This document shows positions 1 to 8,451 of a DNA stretch of 27,916 nucleotides, piece after piece (the stretch's first letter is position 1; the number at the start of each line of letters is the position of its first letter). The stretch covers positions 1 through 27,916 of the forward strand of contig JBDGTY010000014.1 of assembly GCA_042216335.1 (NCBI GenBank), given 5' to 3'. A program made the translations under genes and the position numbers. The notes beneath the pieces are model-generated. The model saw only the letters and a program-made list of their open reading frames with translations. It searched no databases and had not been told where the DNA came from. This DNA comes from Candidatus Nanohalobium sp. GTDB taxonomy: Archaea; Nanohalarchaeota; Nanosalinia; Nanosalinales; Nanosalinaceae.

Positions 1-81
1 ACTCTTGTCGGATTGCTGTTTCTTCTCCCTGCGATCGCCCTCATGAAATCCTCTTAACCGTTGCGCATTCAACCTTTCTAC

Positions 82-1500
82 ATGGAACTCAACAAGGTAG
101 ACGAAAACATCTACGAGATACCTCAAACCGGAGACATGAATAAACCGGCCAGAGTCTACGCCAACGAAGAACTACTGGAGGAGATCAAACAGGACGACAC
201 TTTACAGCAGGTGAAGAACGTTGCGACGCTGCCCGGCCTGGAAAAGTTCTCAATAGTTATGCCGGACGGCCACCAGGGCTACGGCTTCCCGATCGGCGGA
301 GTAGCAGCAGTAAACAAAGAAAACGGCGTAATAAGTCCGGGAGGAATCGGCTACGACGTGAATTGCGGTGTAAGAGTCCTTAAAACAGATTTAAGCTATG
401 AAGAGATAAGAGGGAAGGAGCAGCAGCTCGCAAACATACTCTTCAACAAGGTTCCCTGTGGGCTTGGAAAAGGAGGCTACATAGATTTGGAAGAGGACGA
501 ACTGGATGAGGTCCTGAGCAAGGGGATGGAGTGGATGCTGGAGAACGGCCATGCTACAGAAGACGACCTGAAGCACTGCGAGGAGAACGGCCGACTGGAA
601 TGCGATTCCTCAAAAGTTCCGGAGGATGCCAGGAAGAGAGGGATCAAACAGGTAGGCAGCCTGGGATCGGGAAACCATTTCCTCGAAGTACAGAGAGTGG
701 AAAACGTGTTCAACGAGGAAAAAGCAGAGGCATACGGGCTGGAAAAAGGACAGATCCTGGTCATGATACACTCCGGTAGCAGAGGCCTTGGCCACCAGAC
801 ATGTACGGAGTACCTAAGGAAGTTCGAGCAAGAGTATCCTGAGATAGTAGAGGATATTCCGGAGAAAGAGCTGATCTACGCACCTCTGGGCGATGAACTG
901 GCGCAGGACTACAAGCATGCCATGTTTGCAGCCGCGAACTATGCGTGGGCGAACAGACAGGGCATAACGGAAGCAGTCAGAGAAAGCCTTGACACGCTTT
1001 TCGGCGATACGGAAACGGAGCTGGTCTACGACGTCTGCCACAACATAGCGAAGGAAGAAACGCATGAAGTCGATGGGGAAGAGAAAGAACTCCTCGTTCA
1101 CAGGAAGGGAGCAACTAGAGCTATGCCGGCAGGGAGAGAGGAGGTGCCGGATGCATACAGCGAAGCCGGGCAACCTGTACTACTGCCGGGGAGTATGGGA
1201 ACTAGCAGCTACATACTTTCAGGAGGACAGAACAGCCTGGAACTCTCCTTCGGGTCGACCGCACACGGAGCTGGAAGACTCAAATCAAGGACACAGTCAA
1301 AGAAGGACTATCGGGCCGCGGATGTACAAAGGGAGCTGAAGCGCGACCAGATATTCGTCAAAGCAGCATCCGGAGAAACCATAGAGGAAGAGGCACCTGG
1401 CAGCTACAAGGACGTCGACGAAGTCATCAAAGTCTCAGATGAACTGGGTATCGGAGAGAAAGTCGTCCAGATGAAGCCGATAGTAAACGTGAAGGGATGA
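82..1500 (+). CDS. rtcB: RtcB RNA/tRNA-splicing ligase
   Basis: Motifs MPDGHQGYGFPIGGV, GYDVNCG, GSLGSGNHFLEVQ, HSGSRG, HRKGATRA, STAHGAGR (His nucleophile) and EEAPGSYKD. ATG at 82 is preferred over TTG at 61; TTAA at 54-57 fits a leaderless promoter. Confidence 0.97.
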   Translation: MELNKVDENIYEIPQTGDMNKPARVYANEELLEEIKQDDTLQQVKNVATLPGLEKFSIVMPDGHQGYGFPIGGVAAVNKENGVISPGGIGYDVNCGVRVLKTDLSYEEIRGKEQQLANILFNKVPCGLGKGGYIDLEEDELDEVLSKGMEWMLENGHATEDDLKHCEENGRLECDSSKVPEDARKRGIKQVGSLGSGNHFLEVQRVENVFNEEKAEAYGLEKGQILVMIHSGSRGLGHQTCTEYLRKFEQEYPEIVEDIPEKELIYAPLGDELAQDYKHAMFAAANYAWANRQGITEAVRESLDTLFGDTETELVYDVCHNIAKEETHEVDGEEKELLVHRKGATRAMPAGREEVPDAYSEAGQPVLLPGSMGTSSYILSGGQNSLELSFGSTAHGAGRLKSRTQSKKDYRAADVQRELKRDQIFVKAASGETIEEEAPGSYKDVDEVIKVSDELGIGEKVVQMKPIVNVKG

Positions 1501-1509
1501 AAAGTTCCT

Positions 1510-2565
1510 TCATCCTCTATTATTGGACTCTCTCTTGTAAAGATTGACTAGTTTATCTGATTTTTTCTTCAAACTGAATTTTTTGGACTCTTTTCGGCAT
1601 TTATTCTCTGTATTTTCATTTTCGAGTTCGTTAAATGCCTTTGCTATATTCGTACTATCTATTTGAGTCAATATTTTCCCTACATTTGAGTTTATTATTT
1701 TCTTGTTTCCTGGTGCATCTGAAGAAATTACGGGTGTTCCGCACGCAAGACTTTCTAATATGACTAGAGGCAATCCTTCGCCCCACCGAGACGGTAGAAT
1801 TAAAGCTTCAGAATTTTGATAGACTTTTCTTAATTCTGAACGGGTTAAATTTTCAAATACTTCTGTATTTTCTAGTTCTTTTATTTCGTTTTCTAGATTA
1901 TTTGTCACAAATTTGTGTTTTATATCAGGATTTTTTCTTGCTGATTCTTTAACGAATTCTATACCTTTTCTCTTGACATTTCTTCCTACAAAAAGTAATC
2001 CTTCTCGACTTTGGTGGCTTGGAGAGAAGAAATTAGTGTTTACTCCATTTCTTACTACTTTTGAATCTATATTTCTGGATTTCAGCGCGTCTTGAACTGC
2101 TTGACTTACTGCGATTATGGAGTGTGAATCTAGCCTATCTAGAATAGTCTTGTGTATGCTTTCTAAGTCCTTCCTAGAGCTTTCGCTCGTGTGAACACTG
2201 AGAAATATTTTTCTATCAAGTAGCTCTGCTACAAGAAGTGTCTGTTTGGCTAAACCTCTTAGGGATAAAGTCATGTGGAGATGTACAACATCTGCCTCCC
2301 GCATCTTTGAGATAAGTTGATTTATAGATTTGTCTGGAGATACTGGAATATGTGTGGTCTCTATCTTATTCTGAAGTTCTGAATAGTAACTATCTTTTTC
2401 CTTAATTTGAGAAATTTCTTCTTTGTCTGTAACAGGATTTTCTTCTGTGTCGTATGTTAAAATTTCTACATTGTGATTATTTGCTATCTCTTTCGAAATT
2501 TCCATTACATGGAAGCTAACTCCTCCTCCAAAATACATGTACTGTGAGATTTGCAGAACTTTCAT
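1510..2565 (-). CDS. Glycosyltransferase family 4 (GT-B, RfaB-like)
   Basis: MKVLQI...GGG N-terminus, NGVN, LLFVGRNVKRKG, and LPSRWGEGLPLVILESLACGTPVISSDAPG (EX7E motif). Confidence 0.93.
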   Translation of the reverse strand: MKVLQISQYMYFGGGVSFHVMEISKEIANNHNVEILTYDTEENPVTDKEEISQIKEKDSYYSELQNKIETTHIPVSPDKSINQLISKMREADVVHLHMTLSLRGLAKQTLLVAELLDRKIFLSVHTSESSRKDLESIHKTILDRLDSHSIIAVSQAVQDALKSRNIDSKVVRNGVNTNFFSPSHQSREGLLFVGRNVKRKGIEFVKESARKNPDIKHKFVTNNLENEIKELENTEVFENLTRSELRKVYQNSEALILPSRWGEGLPLVILESLACGTPVISSDAPGNKKIINSNVGKILTQIDSTNIAKAFNELENENTENKCRKESKKFSLKKKSDKLVNLYKRESNNRG

Positions 2566-3389
2566 AGAACATTATCTACCTCTCTATAAATTTCTTGAGG
2601 AAATCCTTCTATGAACAGATAGTCTACTTCAGAGATCTCTTCCAACCGTGATTTTCTTGATTCTCTGGTTTCATCTGTTTCGAGATTATACGGTGTCAGA
2701 GTCTGGTTCGAAATTAAATAGTCTCCTCTTAGTTTTTCGTCTAGAACTTCCATCAGTTTGAGTCTTCCCATACTAGGTGACAACTCGGAAGATGAGAGTT
2801 CACCGTCCGTAACTTTTGGAAAAACTATTGCCTCTATCTCAGATTGGCTTGCAGCAGGATAAGTTTCATCGACTTCTTCTCTGTTTAAGAATCGCTTAGC
2901 GGCTTCTTCGTCCACATTTAATTTTCGTGAACTAGAAACAATGTCGGAGCCGTCAAAAACCACTTTTTCGCCCCCTGCGAAATTGTATCCATTTTGAACT
3001 CCATAGGCTGTAAGTACTGATTTCCCGGTCATGCTAGGCCCGGCGAATACTACTGCATTCCCGTCTCTTTCAATCCCTCCGGCATGGATAGTATGAAGAT
3101 TATCTTCCGCATTCTGGCGCTCAATTGTCTGTTCAGTAAGATATACGAGGTCCCATTCGAAAAGATCTTCTCCAGGCTTTCCATATCTTCTGATTGTCTT
3201 ATTCTCTACCTCTATATCGTTATTTCCCTCAATGACCTCTATTGTCCATCCTTCTGGATTTGAAGTTTCAACATCCATCTCTGCATCTGGTACTTCGTTG
3301 AGAATATTTTGTCGTATGTTATCAGATAATACTTCTTCGTAGATGCCCTCCCAACTAACTTCTGCGCCGTTTGATCTAATTATCATCAA
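2562..3389 (-). CDS. HPr kinase-like P-loop protein
   Basis: IHAGGIERDGNAVVFAGPSMTGKS matches the H-A...G-x4-GKS signature of HprK-related kinases. It has 4-nt overlaps with both neighbours. Confidence 0.75.
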   Translation of the reverse strand: MMIIRSNGAEVSWEGIYEEVLSDNIRQNILNEVPDAEMDVETSNPEGWTIEVIEGNNDIEVENKTIRRYGKPGEDLFEWDLVYLTEQTIERQNAEDNLHTIHAGGIERDGNAVVFAGPSMTGKSVLTAYGVQNGYNFAGGEKVVFDGSDIVSSSRKLNVDEEAAKRFLNREEVDETYPAASQSEIEAIVFPKVTDGELSSSELSPSMGRLKLMEVLDEKLRGDYLISNQTLTPYNLETDETRESRKSRLEEISEVDYLFIEGFPQEIYREVDNVL

Positions 3390-4087
3390 TCGTTTAACCT
3401 CTCCAACAGTTTTTCATTTTCAGAGATAATGTGGTTTGTATTTCCGTCTATTTCCTCCGCCCATTGAATTGATCTCGTAGCGTCATAATTACGCCATCTC
3501 TCAAGTTTGAGTTCGTCCACAGGAAACTCATAGAACTCTCTATAGTCTCCAAAATTGTATCTATCTGCAAAATTTGCATGAATCGCCAAATCATAGTGAC
3601 GAGGCCCAAATTCTGCCGAACCGAAGTCAATTAACTCAAGATCTTCACCATCAAAAAACAGGTTGGAAGGATTAATGTCCCGATGGCAGTAAACTATATC
3701 ATCATTAAATAGTTCTGAATCAGGTTCTTGGTCAATTTTAGAAAATCTCTGATTTACATAATCTTCAAGGCTCATAGAAAGCCCTTTCCCGGCCTTACTA
3801 GCCTCGAAGCCATGCAGTATATTTATTATATCCCAGAATTCTTGTTTGAGTGTCTCATTTGAGATGTCTTGCTCAGGTACTTGAGAGCCTGAAGCTTCCT
3901 CAGAAACTAGTAATCCTTCTTCTCTGTTAACTTCTACTACAGCCGGGCTGTTGATTCCCAAGTCTTGAGCTAGAGATCTATACAAAAACCTATACATAGA
4001 TTCCTCATTAGTCTCTAAATCATGGATTAACAGGCCGTCATCCTGCTTGTAGACGGTAGAATTGAAGCCGGTTTCAATGACTTCCAT
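3386..4087 (-). CDS. APH/choline-kinase-like phosphotransferase
   Basis: CHRDINPSN (HxDxxxxN), LIDFG, GPRHYDLA. Confidence 0.85.
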   Translation of the reverse strand: MEVIETGFNSTVYKQDDGLLIHDLETNEESMYRFLYRSLAQDLGINSPAVVEVNREEGLLVSEEASGSQVPEQDISNETLKQEFWDIINILHGFEASKAGKGLSMSLEDYVNQRFSKIDQEPDSELFNDDIVYCHRDINPSNLFFDGEDLELIDFGSAEFGPRHYDLAIHANFADRYNFGDYREFYEFPVDELKLERWRNYDATRSIQWAEEIDGNTNHIISENEKLLERLND

Positions 4088-4125
4088 AATTAATTAAATG
4101 TAGGAAAATCATTTGTAATTTACTG

Positions 4126-4776
4126 ATGACTAAATCTCTCGTCAGCTTTGATCTCGATGACACATTGATAGACACTTCAGATGTGGTGTTCAAAGCGTTT
4201 AATGATACTTTAAGAGAGAAAGGAAAGTCTCCTATCAGCAAGGATAAGTATGAGAAAATTAATTTTTGGAGCGGAGATTCAAGGGCAGCACTGCAAAGCT
4301 TAGGTATAGATGAATCGCCAAAGCAGTTCCTAGAGCAATATGATATTCTCTTCAAGCAAGCAACAGAGGAATATATAGAAAATGGTGAAATAAGAAAATT
4401 TCCAAACACTCAAACTGTCATTTCTGATTTTGGTGACAAATTTGATGCCAGGGCTATCGTGACTAATTCGCCCCATGAAGTCGCTATGCTTAAACTAACA
4501 GAATTAAATCTAGAAAGATTTTTTGATCACATAGTGACTCCAAAGCATGTTGACGAAAAAAAGCCTTCTCCAGAAGGCATCAGGAGAGTGATTGAAGAGT
4601 CAGGAGCAAATGAAAACTCTACAGTCCATATTGGTGACTCCTCACACGACTTAGAGGCCGCGAAAAAAGCCGGGGTTATTAGTGTAATTTTGGGTTCGAA
4701 CGATGCTGAAGCAGATTACAGAGTTTCTGAACTAGGAGAGTTATCTGAGCTAAGTGGAAAACTTAAACGCTCCTGA
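4126..4776 (+). CDS. HAD-superfamily phosphatase (Gph/PPase-like)
   Basis: FDLDDTLIDT (motif I), IVTN (II), KKPSPEG (III), HIGDSSHDLEAA (IV). Confidence 0.93.
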   Translation: MTKSLVSFDLDDTLIDTSDVVFKAFNDTLREKGKSPISKDKYEKINFWSGDSRAALQSLGIDESPKQFLEQYDILFKQATEEYIENGEIRKFPNTQTVISDFGDKFDARAIVTNSPHEVAMLKLTELNLERFFDHIVTPKHVDEKKPSPEGIRRVIEESGANENSTVHIGDSSHDLEAAKKAGVISVILGSNDAEADYRVSELGELSELSGKLKRS

Positions 4777-4781
4777 CTTCA

Positions 4782-4818
4782 ACCCATTTATAAAATTTGT
4801 CTTACTTTTCGTATTTAC
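4782..4818 (+). promoter_or_regulatory. Promoter of the uL3 operon (TATA box TTTATAAAA at 4787-4795)
   Basis: Canonical archaeal TATA box about 30 nt before the first leader hairpin. The sequence is closely similar to 18982-19017. Confidence 0.75.
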
Positions 4819-4968
4819 TCGACACGAGTTTTCTCGGTCGGGACAAGCCGGCTCTTGTGGAGTGGGCCTCTGGTGATTGAATTCAGCGGCTAGACACGGT
4901 TACGTCGCTGAGTTTACACAAACTAACTATGCCTCCACTTGTGAGGCCTATAGGAGTTGAATCACACA
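4818..4968 (+). promoter_or_regulatory. Structured 5' leader of the uL3 operon (candidate r-leader)
   Basis: Hand-found stems: 4818-4828/4833-4842, 4843-4847/4854-4858, 4863-4870/4943-4950, 4878-4890/4904-4916, and a crossing stem 4857-4862/4933-4938. Confidence 0.6.
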
Positions 4969-5940
4969 ATGGCAAAGAAGAATAGATCGAGAAGCGGATC
5001 ACTGGCATACAAGCCCAAGGTAAGGGCTGAAAGAATCTACCCAGACGTAAGTACGTGGGAAGATACAGACGAGCAAAAACCATTAGGATACGCAGGATAC
5101 AAGGTCGGAATGACCAGAGTCCTCAGAATAGATGATACAGAAGGAGCAACACAGGGACAGGAGATTGCCACACCTGTGACGATCCTCGAAGCTCCTCCAC
5201 TAAGAGTTTACGGGGCACGCTTCTACGTAGAAGACATCAACTCCGGAAAACAGGTCTTCACAGAGGCATGGACAGAAAGTCCTTCAAAGGAACTTCAGAG
5301 AGCAACAGACATTCCAAAGGAAGGAAACATGGACAACCTGGAGAAAGCAAAGGAAAACTCAGATGAAATAACAGACGTCAAACTACTGGTTCACACTCAG
5401 CCTTCTCGTGCAGGACTTTCGAAGAAGAAGCCTGCCAACTTCGAAATTGGGTTAGGAGGCTCAGTTGAAGAACAGCTTGAATATGCAGAAGAGATGATCG
5501 GAAAAGAGATCGAGTTCTCCGACGTATTCGAGGAAGGAGAATACAGCGACGTTATCGGCGTCACGAAAGGAAAGGGAATGGAAGGACCAGTCCAGAGATA
5601 CGGGATCAAGAAGCTGGACCACAAGACACAGAAAAAACGTAGGAAGGCAGGAAACGTCGGTCCATGGCACCCAGACCAGCTTTCATGGAGAATCCCGCTT
5701 CCAGGACAACAAGGTTACAATAACAGGACGGAGGAGAACAAGAGAATCCTCGCACATGGAGAAGACCCAGAGGAAGTTCAGAGAGATGGAGGTTTCAAGA
5801 ACTATGGAGAAGTCCAGAGCAACTACATCCTAGTCAAAGGATCAGTACCAGGGCCAGCAGAAAGACTTGTCCGACTCAGAACAGCACTCAGAACAGACGA
5901 AAACCCGGGAACACCAGAAATCACCCACATCGAAAAATAA
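4969..5940 (+). CDS. rpl3: 50S ribosomal protein uL3
   Basis: RSGSLAYKPKVRA, GYAGYKVGMT, GVTKGKGMEGPVQRYG, GPWHP, KGSVPGP. ATG at 4969 follows AGGAG. Confidence 0.98.
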   Translation: MAKKNRSRSGSLAYKPKVRAERIYPDVSTWEDTDEQKPLGYAGYKVGMTRVLRIDDTEGATQGQEIATPVTILEAPPLRVYGARFYVEDINSGKQVFTEAWTESPSKELQRATDIPKEGNMDNLEKAKENSDEITDVKLLVHTQPSRAGLSKKKPANFEIGLGGSVEEQLEYAEEMIGKEIEFSDVFEEGEYSDVIGVTKGKGMEGPVQRYGIKKLDHKTQKKRRKAGNVGPWHPDQLSWRIPLPGQQGYNNRTEENKRILAHGEDPEEVQRDGGFKNYGEVQSNYILVKGSVPGPAERLVRLRTALRTDENPGTPEITHIEK

Positions 5941-5955
5941 GAGGTGTAAACGATA

Positions 5956-6714
5956 ATGACAGACTTACCAAACCAGTTCAACGAGAGGATCAGGCCTGAC
6001 ATCATCAAGAGAGCCAACCTCTCGATCAAGAGTAAGAAAAGACAGGACTACGGATCAGACCCGGAAGCAGGTCTCAGACACGTAGTATACTGGAAGAAAA
6101 AACAGAATGCATACAGAGGACAGAAAGGAAAAGGCATGTCTCGTACCCCGAGGAAGATTCGTGTCAGACGAGGAAGCCAGATCTACGGAGACGGCGCAGA
6201 AGCACCGAACACCGTAGGCGGACGCACAGCTCATCCTCCAAAGGCAGAGAAGGACTTTGACGAAGAGATCAACGACAAGGAAAGAAGAAAGGCGATCAGG
6301 TCAGCGATCGCAGCAACATCAGACCAAAGCCTTGTCTCAGAGAAGCATAATTACGAAGGAGACCTTCCGATTGTAGAAGATGGAATCTCCGGAATCGAGA
6401 AAACACAGGAACTCAAGGAAACACTCGAAGACCTTGGACTAGAAGACGAACTCGAGAGAGTCTCCGAGAAAAAGGTCAGAGGAGGCAAAGGAGCCAACAG
6501 AGGAAGGAAATACGTCAGAAAGGTCGGCCCTCTGGTAGTAACCGCAGAAGACGAAGGAATCAGTCAGGCAGCAAGCAACCTGCCGGGAGTAGATTACTCC
6601 AGGGTGGATCAGCTTAACGCCGAGAAACTTGCTCCGGGAGCAGAACCAGGAAGACTGGTTGTATGGAGCACAAAAGCAGTAGAAAAACTTGACGAAGACG
6701 GAATGTACCAATAG
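5956..6714 (+). CDS. rpl4: 50S ribosomal protein uL4
   Basis: IRPDIIKRA, GGRTAHPPK, AIRSAIAAT, LAPGAEPGRL; SD GAGGTG; position after uL3. Confidence 0.97.
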   Translation: MTDLPNQFNERIRPDIIKRANLSIKSKKRQDYGSDPEAGLRHVVYWKKKQNAYRGQKGKGMSRTPRKIRVRRGSQIYGDGAEAPNTVGGRTAHPPKAEKDFDEEINDKERRKAIRSAIAATSDQSLVSEKHNYEGDLPIVEDGISGIEKTQELKETLEDLGLEDELERVSEKKVRGGKGANRGRKYVRKVGPLVVTAEDEGISQAASNLPGVDYSRVDQLNAEKLAPGAEPGRLVVWSTKAVEKLDEDGMYQ

Positions 6715-6726
6715 AGGAGATAATAT

Positions 6727-6996
6727 ATGGAAGTTGATAGAGCATGGGAGGTTATCGAAAATCCACACATGACAGAGCAGGCAATGGACATGATCGACGA
6801 GGAGAACAAACTGGTTCTCATGGTCGACCTGGAAGCAGACAAAGGCCAGGTAGAGGACGCGGTCGAAACTCTGTTCGATGTGGATGTCGAGAAGGTCAAT
6901 ACTAACATCACGTCTTCAGCAAAGAAAAAAGCATACGTAAGGCTAAGTCCAAGCGACAGCGCGATGGACGTCGCGACTGAAATGGGCATGATGTAA
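6727..6996 (+). CDS. rpl23: 50S ribosomal protein uL23
   Basis: PHMTEQAM...ENKLV...VEKVNT...KKAYVRL; synteny. Confidence 0.96.
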   Translation: MEVDRAWEVIENPHMTEQAMDMIDEENKLVLMVDLEADKGQVEDAVETLFDVDVEKVNTNITSSAKKKAYVRLSPSDSAMDVATEMGMM

Positions 6997-7008
6997 GGTG
7001 AACAACAG

Positions 7009-7710
7009 ATGGGAAGCCCACTAAGACAGCAGAGAAGAGGAAAAGGAAGTCCGAAGTTCCAGGCCAACAGGAAAGGCAAGGGAACAGCGGAGCACAAGAA
7101 CGACGAAATCACGGGAACGGTCGTGGATGTAGTCCACGACCCGGCAAGGACAGCACCAGTCGCCAAAGTAGAGTTTGAAGACGGTGAAGTCAGAAACGTT
7201 CTTGCGCCTGAAGGACTTCAGACAGGAGACGAAATTGAAGTAGGTGTCTCAGCGCCTGTAGAGCCAGGAAACGTACTGCCTCTTGGGGAGATCCCGGAAG
7301 GAGTACCGATCAACAACATCGAGATCCAGCCGAACGATGGTGGAAAGATGGTAAAGGCATCAGGAACATACGCTTTCGTCGTAACGCAGGAGCAGGATGG
7401 AGTAAGGATCCAGCTTCCTAGCGGCGACTTCAAGAAACTAGATACTGAATGCAGAGCAACTATCGGAAAGGTTGCAGCCGGCGGAAGAAAGGACAAACCG
7501 TTTGTCAAGGCCGGAAACGCATCCAAGGCTGCAAAGGCTCGTGGAAAACAGTACCCAACTGTCTCCGCAGTAGCCATGAACGCAGTCGACCACCCATTCG
7601 GTGGATCAGCAAAACCAGGACAGCCAAAGACAGTTTCCAAGCACGCTTCCCCAGGAAGCAAAGTTGGAAACATCGGAGCCAAACGCTCCGGCAAGAAGAA
7701 CAACGACTAG
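7009..7710 (+). CDS. rpl2: 50S ribosomal protein uL2
   Basis: QRRGKGS, HDPARTAP, CRATIG, AMNAVDHPFGG. Confidence 0.98.
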   Translation: MGSPLRQQRRGKGSPKFQANRKGKGTAEHKNDEITGTVVDVVHDPARTAPVAKVEFEDGEVRNVLAPEGLQTGDEIEVGVSAPVEPGNVLPLGEIPEGVPINNIEIQPNDGGKMVKASGTYAFVVTQEQDGVRIQLPSGDFKKLDTECRATIGKVAAGGRKDKPFVKAGNASKAAKARGKQYPTVSAVAMNAVDHPFGGSAKPGQPKTVSKHASPGSKVGNIGAKRSGKKNND

Positions 7711-7719
7711 GTGTATATA

Positions 7720-8067
7720 ATGGGAATTGAGGGAAAAAAACATGAAGCAGAAGTATGGGCCAGAGAGATCGTCAGAGACATCAATGAACAGCTCTCGGAC
7801 TCATGGATAGCTGAACTGCCTGCATCTCATGGTATTTTCGGTGAAATTTTTCCATACAAAGTAGCAGATAGTTATGCTGATTTGCCAGAAGAAAAAAGGC
7901 AAAACTTTGAAAGATCACTTGCAGAATACGTCGAAGAGTTTGAGGGAGCAGACCAGGGCTCTATAGCCCGTGATTTAGTGACTGGAGCTATAAACCAACA
8001 CAATTACAAAAACCCATATTTAGCTAAGAAAGCAGCAGAGGGAATCGCTGAAGGTGTAATGCAATAA
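7720..8067 (+). CDS. Hypothetical protein inserted between uL2 and uS19
   Basis: The ORF fills the gap exactly, has an SD AGGTG overlapping the uL2 stop and a TAATG overlap with uS19. Composition is acidic and no family motif was recognised. Confidence 0.8.
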   Translation: MGIEGKKHEAEVWAREIVRDINEQLSDSWIAELPASHGIFGEIFPYKVADSYADLPEEKRQNFERSLAEYVEEFEGADQGSIARDLVTGAINQHNYKNPYLAKKAAEGIAEGVMQ

Positions 8068-8444
8068 TGACAGATGACTTTACTTACAGAGGAAAAACAC
8101 TCGAAGAACTCCAGGATCTGAGCCACGACGAGCTCGCAGAGCTCATGGACGCAAGAGCAAGAAGGAAACTGGAGAGAGGTCTTCGAGAAAACGAGGAAAA
8201 ACTACTGGAAAAACTGGAAGACAAAGACAGAGTACAGACACACCTGAGAGGAATGATCGTTCTTCCAGAGATGGTAGGAAAGACGATCGAAATCTACAAC
8301 GGACAGGGATTCGAGGAAGTCGATATCGAGGAAGAGATGATCGGACACTACCTAGGAGAATTCGCCAAAACCAGGAAAGAAGTATCACACAGCGCACCAG
8401 GACTCGGCGCTACAAGATCTTCAAAGCACGTACCGCTCAAGTGA
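8067..8444 (+). CDS. rps19: 30S ribosomal protein uS19
   Basis: FTYRGKTLEEL, THLRGMIVLPEMVG, MIGHYLGEFA, GATRSSKHVPLK. Confidence 0.98.
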   Translation: MTDDFTYRGKTLEELQDLSHDELAELMDARARRKLERGLRENEEKLLEKLEDKDRVQTHLRGMIVLPEMVGKTIEIYNGQGFEEVDIEEEMIGHYLGEFAKTRKEVSHSAPGLGATRSSKHVPLK

Positions 8445-8451
8445 TGCCTAA

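Noticed and set aside
1-44. Possible start of a divergent minus-strand gene (ATG at 44, MRAIAGRRNSNPTR)
   Set aside because: Only 14 codons are visible, too little to support a call.
82-1500. Intein or intron in rtcB
   Set aside because: The length is normal and the motifs are contiguous.
4818-4950. The uL3 leader as a tRNA, 5S rRNA, SRP RNA or RNase P RNA
   Set aside because: No cloverleaf or TTCG T-loop and no family signatures; it runs straight into the uL3 SD.
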